Origin: Dehalococcoidia bacterium
GTDB taxonomy: Bacteria; Chloroflexota; Dehalococcoidia; DSTF01; RBG-16-68-14
Assembly: GCA_040902195.1 (NCBI GenBank)
Contig: JBBDXS010000003.1
Location: 108,752-172,751, forward strand
Direction of reading: 5' to 3'
DNA: 64,000 nucleotides
Shown here one piece after another: positions 61,189 to 64,000 of the stretch. The number at the start of each line of letters is the position of its first letter. Position 1 is the first letter of the stretch. The notes beneath the pieces are model-generated. The model was not told where the DNA came from. It ran no database searches and saw only the letters and a program-made list of their open reading frames with translations. The position numbers and the translations under genes were made by a program.

Positions 61189-62307
61189 TTATGCGGCGTC
61201 TTTGAGCTCGCCGCCGAGGGCGGTGCGGAGCCGGCGAATGGCGCGGTGCCGGAGCTGGGAAGCTCGCGATTCAGAGATGCCGAGCGCCTTGCCGATGCTC
61301 TTCAGAGAGTGAGCCCGCATGTAGTACAGGTGCACGATGGTCCGCTCGCGCTCGGGAAGCAGCTCGACCGCTTCCTGGAGCATCTGCCGGACCATCGTAT
61401 CTTGCGCCATGGAGTCGGGGTCGATGCTGGGGTCTCCGTCCGCCATTTCCCAAAGCTTCTCAGTGTTGCCGCTGACGGCCGTGTCGGCCAGTCCGTCCAG
61501 CGAGACGACGCGAATGCTGCTGGTGCGTAGGGTGTTGAGGAAATCTCTGTGGGAGAGGCCCATCTGCTTCGCCACCTCCGCCTTCGTCGGCGAGCGGCCG
61601 AGCGTGGTATGGAGCTGGGCGCTGGCGGAGTCCATATCGCTCGAAAACTTCTGGAGCGAACGCGGGAGCGGATGGGCGGCGCGCAAGGCGTCCAGAATCG
61701 CGCCTCGGATGCGTGGGAGCGCGTATGTAGAAAACTTAGCGCCCCGGTTCGGGTCGAACGAGTGATAAGCCTCGATGAGGCCCTGGACGCCGCAGCTCAC
61801 CATGTCCTCATACTGGAGGATCCCTGCGCCCGCGGAGCCAACGGTGATGCGGTTCACAGCGTGCCGCACGAGCGGCATGTAATCGCGTACGATCTGGTCG
61901 AGCTCTTCTTCGTTTGCTATGCGGCGCAGGCGACCGCGTTGCCTTTGCTGCTTCGAGGTCGGTTGCCTCGCTTGCGCATGCGCCGATTCTATCCCGGTTT
62001 TAGCAGGCGCTGGTTCAGCCTTGACCGTCGTTCGCCTCGCTTGCGCACCCGCAGGTTGAGCCCCAGATCTGGCGGTCGCTCGCCTCGTTTGCGCACGCGC
62101 TGATGTTGCCCCAGCTTTGGCAGTTGCCAAACGAACACCTCGATAAAGATTCAGACGCCACCACGCGCGTGTGGCGCGGTGGCGAGCGGGATTGCTGTGG
62201 ACAGTATCGGGGTGTGGCGGCTCGGCACCTATGCGGAAAACCCCGCAGGCCGCGTGATAAATGTGCTTGATGTTGTCTAGGGAAACTCCGTAGGGGGACG
62301 CAAACAA
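61189..62307 (-). CDS. FliA/WhiG-type sigma-70 family factor with repeat-containing N-terminal extension
   Basis: Region 2 YMPLVRHAVNRI...EDMVSCGVQGLIEAYHSFDPNRGAKFSTYALPRIRGAILDALR. Region 4 LPERERTIVHLYYMRAHSLKSIGKALGISESRASQLRHRAIRRLR. The true start within the first ~120 codons is uncertain. Confidence 0.75.
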   Translation of the reverse strand: MFASPYGVSLDNIKHIYHAACGVFRIGAEPPHPDTVHSNPARHRATRAWWRLNLYRGVRLATAKAGATSARAQTRRATARSGAQPAGAQARRTTVKAEPAPAKTGIESAHAQARQPTSKQQRQRGRLRRIANEEELDQIVRDYMPLVRHAVNRITVGSAGAGILQYEDMVSCGVQGLIEAYHSFDPNRGAKFSTYALPRIRGAILDALRAAHPLPRSLQKFSSDMDSASAQLHTTLGRSPTKAEVAKQMGLSHRDFLNTLRTSSIRVVSLDGLADTAVSGNTEKLWEMADGDPSIDPDSMAQDTMVRQMLQEAVELLPERERTIVHLYYMRAHSLKSIGKALGISESRASQLRHRAIRRLRTALGGELKDAA

Positions 62308-62366
62308 AACGAAACGCCGGCCCCGTGTGCGCGTGGCCGGCGTTCGCCGCCTAATGAGGTTGGGTG

Positions 62367-62999
62367 CTACTTCTTTGAGGCGTCCCAGCGTTCGTTATGC
62401 GTCAGCTCTTCGACAGGCCTGCGAGCGGCCGGGCCGTACTTGCCGATCGGATGGCCGACCGGGATGAGCGCGACCGTCTCAACGTTGTCCGGGATGCCGA
62501 GGAGCTGCTTGACGTCGTTCTCGTGGAGCTTGTGGAGCGTCGTCAGCGACGCGCCGAGACCGAGGCCTCGGGCCGCGAGCAGGAGGTTTTGGACCGCGGG
62601 GAAGATCGAGCCGTAGTACCCGCCCGTCATAGGGCCCGCGGCGGGCGGCCCGCTGCGCGCACAGACCAGAATGAAGACCGGTACCTCCGCCAGGTGGAGG
62701 GCCAGATGCTCGGCGGAGCCATAGACGCGCTTGAACTGCGCACCAAAGCCCTGCTTCTGCGCGTCCGGTATCTGGCCATACGTGCTGTTCCAGGCGTCCA
62801 GGTACCACTCGGCGATCTTCCGCTTCGAATCGCCATCGCGGATGACGATGAACGCCCAGGGCTGAGTGTTGCCGCCGCTCGGCGCCCTGATGGCGGCATC
62901 GAGAAGTTTATGCACCAGCTCATCGGAGACCGGGTCCGGCTTCAGGCGCCGGATCGCCTTCTGTGTGTACATCGCTTCGAACAGGCCGATTTCAGCCAT
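62367..62999 (-). CDS. Nitroreductase family protein
   Basis: Start set at the ATG at 62999 (MAEIGLFEAMYTQKAIRRLKPDPV...IRAPSGGNTQPWAFIVI). The upstream part of the track ORF runs in frame into the next gene region and is Arg-rich junk. Confidence 0.85.
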   Translation of the reverse strand: MAEIGLFEAMYTQKAIRRLKPDPVSDELVHKLLDAAIRAPSGGNTQPWAFIVIRDGDSKRKIAEWYLDAWNSTYGQIPDAQKQGFGAQFKRVYGSAEHLALHLAEVPVFILVCARSGPPAAGPMTGGYYGSIFPAVQNLLLAARGLGLGASLTTLHKLHENDVKQLLGIPDNVETVALIPVGHPIGKYGPAARRPVEELTHNERWDASKK

Positions 63000-63007
63000 G
63001 ATTCCTC

Positions 63008-64000
63008 CTACTCTTGCACGTTCGGCACGAGGCGCAGCAGCTTCGATGTCTCGGACGCCGGACACCAGACCGTTCCCTGCGCGTCCACGACCAGCGTAAG
63101 ACAGCCGGCGTTCGCGCTGGCGATGGTGTACTCGCGGAACGTTTCGCTCGCCGGATCGAAACGAGCGATCTTGTTCGCGCCGGTCTCGCTGATCCAGACC
63201 GACCCGTCCGGAGCGATGGCGAGGCCGTCCGGCCGCGCGTTGGGTGAAGGCAGGTCGTACTCCGCGAACGAGGCTGCGCTCGGGCTGTAACGGCCGAGCT
63301 TGCCCGCGGTGTTCTCGCTGAACCAGACGTTCCCCTGCGCATCGATCGCGATACGGCGCGCGCCCTGGCCCGGCGTCGGTGGATCGAACTCCTGCGGCGG
63401 CCCTCCGGACGTATAGCTGCCGATCTTGTTGCCGAGCGCCTCCGCCCACCAAACGACGCCCTGCGCGTCGACGGCGATGCCGTACGGCTGCGAACCGAAC
63501 GCCGGTACGGCGATCTCCTGGACCGAGCGCGTAGCCGGATCGAGCCGGGCTATCGCGTTGCCGCGCGACTCCGTAAACCAAACGCTACCATCCGGGGCGA
63601 AGGCGATCGAATGGGGCCCGGTGTTCGGCGAAGGGATGGCGAACTCTTCGAACTGCTGCGTGAGCCGGTCGAAGCGCGCAATCTTGCTCACGCCGATGTA
63701 GGTGATCCAGACGCCCTGGTCCGGGCCGATCGCGATGCCGTGCGGCTGGGCGCCCACAGTCGGCACATCCCACTCGATGAACTCCTCGGAGCGTGGATTG
63801 AACATCGCGATCTTGTTCGCGGCGAGCTCGGTGAACCAGAGGCGGCCCTCTTCGTCGACGGCGATGGAGTGTGGGACAGAATCGCGGGTGGGCACATCGA
63901 ACTCTGTGACGCCCTCCGCGGTGGGCGGCCGAGGCGTATCGGCGGCCTGCGATGCTGTCGCTGTCGGTGCGGTCCCAGGCGTGCCGTTCGGCTTGTCAGG
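63008..64000 (-). CDS. Vgb (virginiamycin B lyase)-like beta-propeller repeat protein, 5' end outside window
   Basis: Repeated units ...P.GIA..PDG.VWFTE...NKI.R.DP... (e.g. HSIAVDEEGRLWFTELAANKIAMFNP, HSIAFAPDGSVWFTESRGNAIARLDP). The frame stays open and repeat-like (TEFDVPTRDS) upstream of the track start, up to base 64000. Confidence 0.7.
   Translation of the reverse strand, partial: PDKPNGTPGTAPTATASQAADTPRPPTAEGVTEFDVPTRDSVPHSIAVDEEGRLWFTELAANKIAMFNPRSEEFIEWDVPTVGAQPHGIAIGPDQGVWITYIGVSKIARFDRLTQQFEEFAIPSPNTGPHSIAFAPDGSVWFTESRGNAIARLDPATRSVQEIAVPAFGSQPYGIAVDAQGVVWWAEALGNKIGSYTSGGPPQEFDPPTPGQGARRIAIDAQGNVWFSENTAGKLGRYSPSAASFAEYDLPSPNARPDGLAIAPDGSVWISETGANKIARFDPASETFREYTIASANAGCLTLVVDAQGTVWCPASETSKLLRLVPNVQE

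Overview
High-GC bacterial chromosomal window. The RayT/REP elements, a c-di-AMP riboswitch, a cohesin/dockerin pair and many ECF sigma factors suggest a Chloroflexota/Thermomicrobia-like or actinobacterial lineage, but this cannot be confirmed without a database search.

Layout:
(1) 1-11.2 kb is core genome. It holds a tRNA cluster with odd tandem tRNA fragments fused to the 3' end of a GIY-YIG gene, then MscS, an LLM oxidoreductase, a hydrolase, an SDR, glpK, a beta-propeller protein and a dockerin protein.
(2) 11.2-46.2 kb is visibly more AT-rich accessory DNA. It consists of two integrative elements stacked at tRNA-Arg(UCU), delimited by three direct copies of the tRNA 3' end (11213-11257, 42059-42103, 46194-46219). 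Each element starts with a paralogous tyrosine integrase. The large element (~30.8 kb) carries:
- an Mrr-type nuclease;
- a minimal transfer module (replication-relaxation protein plus a T4CP-like ATPase);
- an excisionase-like gene and toxin-antitoxin debris;
- a replication-like module;
- an orphan KAS II/ACP envelope module;
- an ECF sigma/anti-sigma pair.
(3) 46.2-64 kb is core genome again. It holds a cohesin protein, a sigma/anti-sigma fusion, an AAA+/VWA pair, a RayT transposase embedded in REP palindromes, a c-di-AMP (ydaO-type) riboswitch in front of a zinc-ribbon mini-protein, LuxR/CheY regulators, csrA, a FliA-like sigma factor, a nitroreductase and a Vgb-like propeller.

Most interesting feature: a tightly translationally coupled operon at 19.8-24.9 kb on the large element. 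It runs carrier-protein-like, XRE, ImmA, ThyA-fold, AcpS-type PPTase, membrane-anchored Dcd/dUTPase-fold and radical SAM, with a convergent UDG-fold gene. I cannot match this combination to any described pathway or defence system.

All family calls come from motif recognition by eye. No searches were run.
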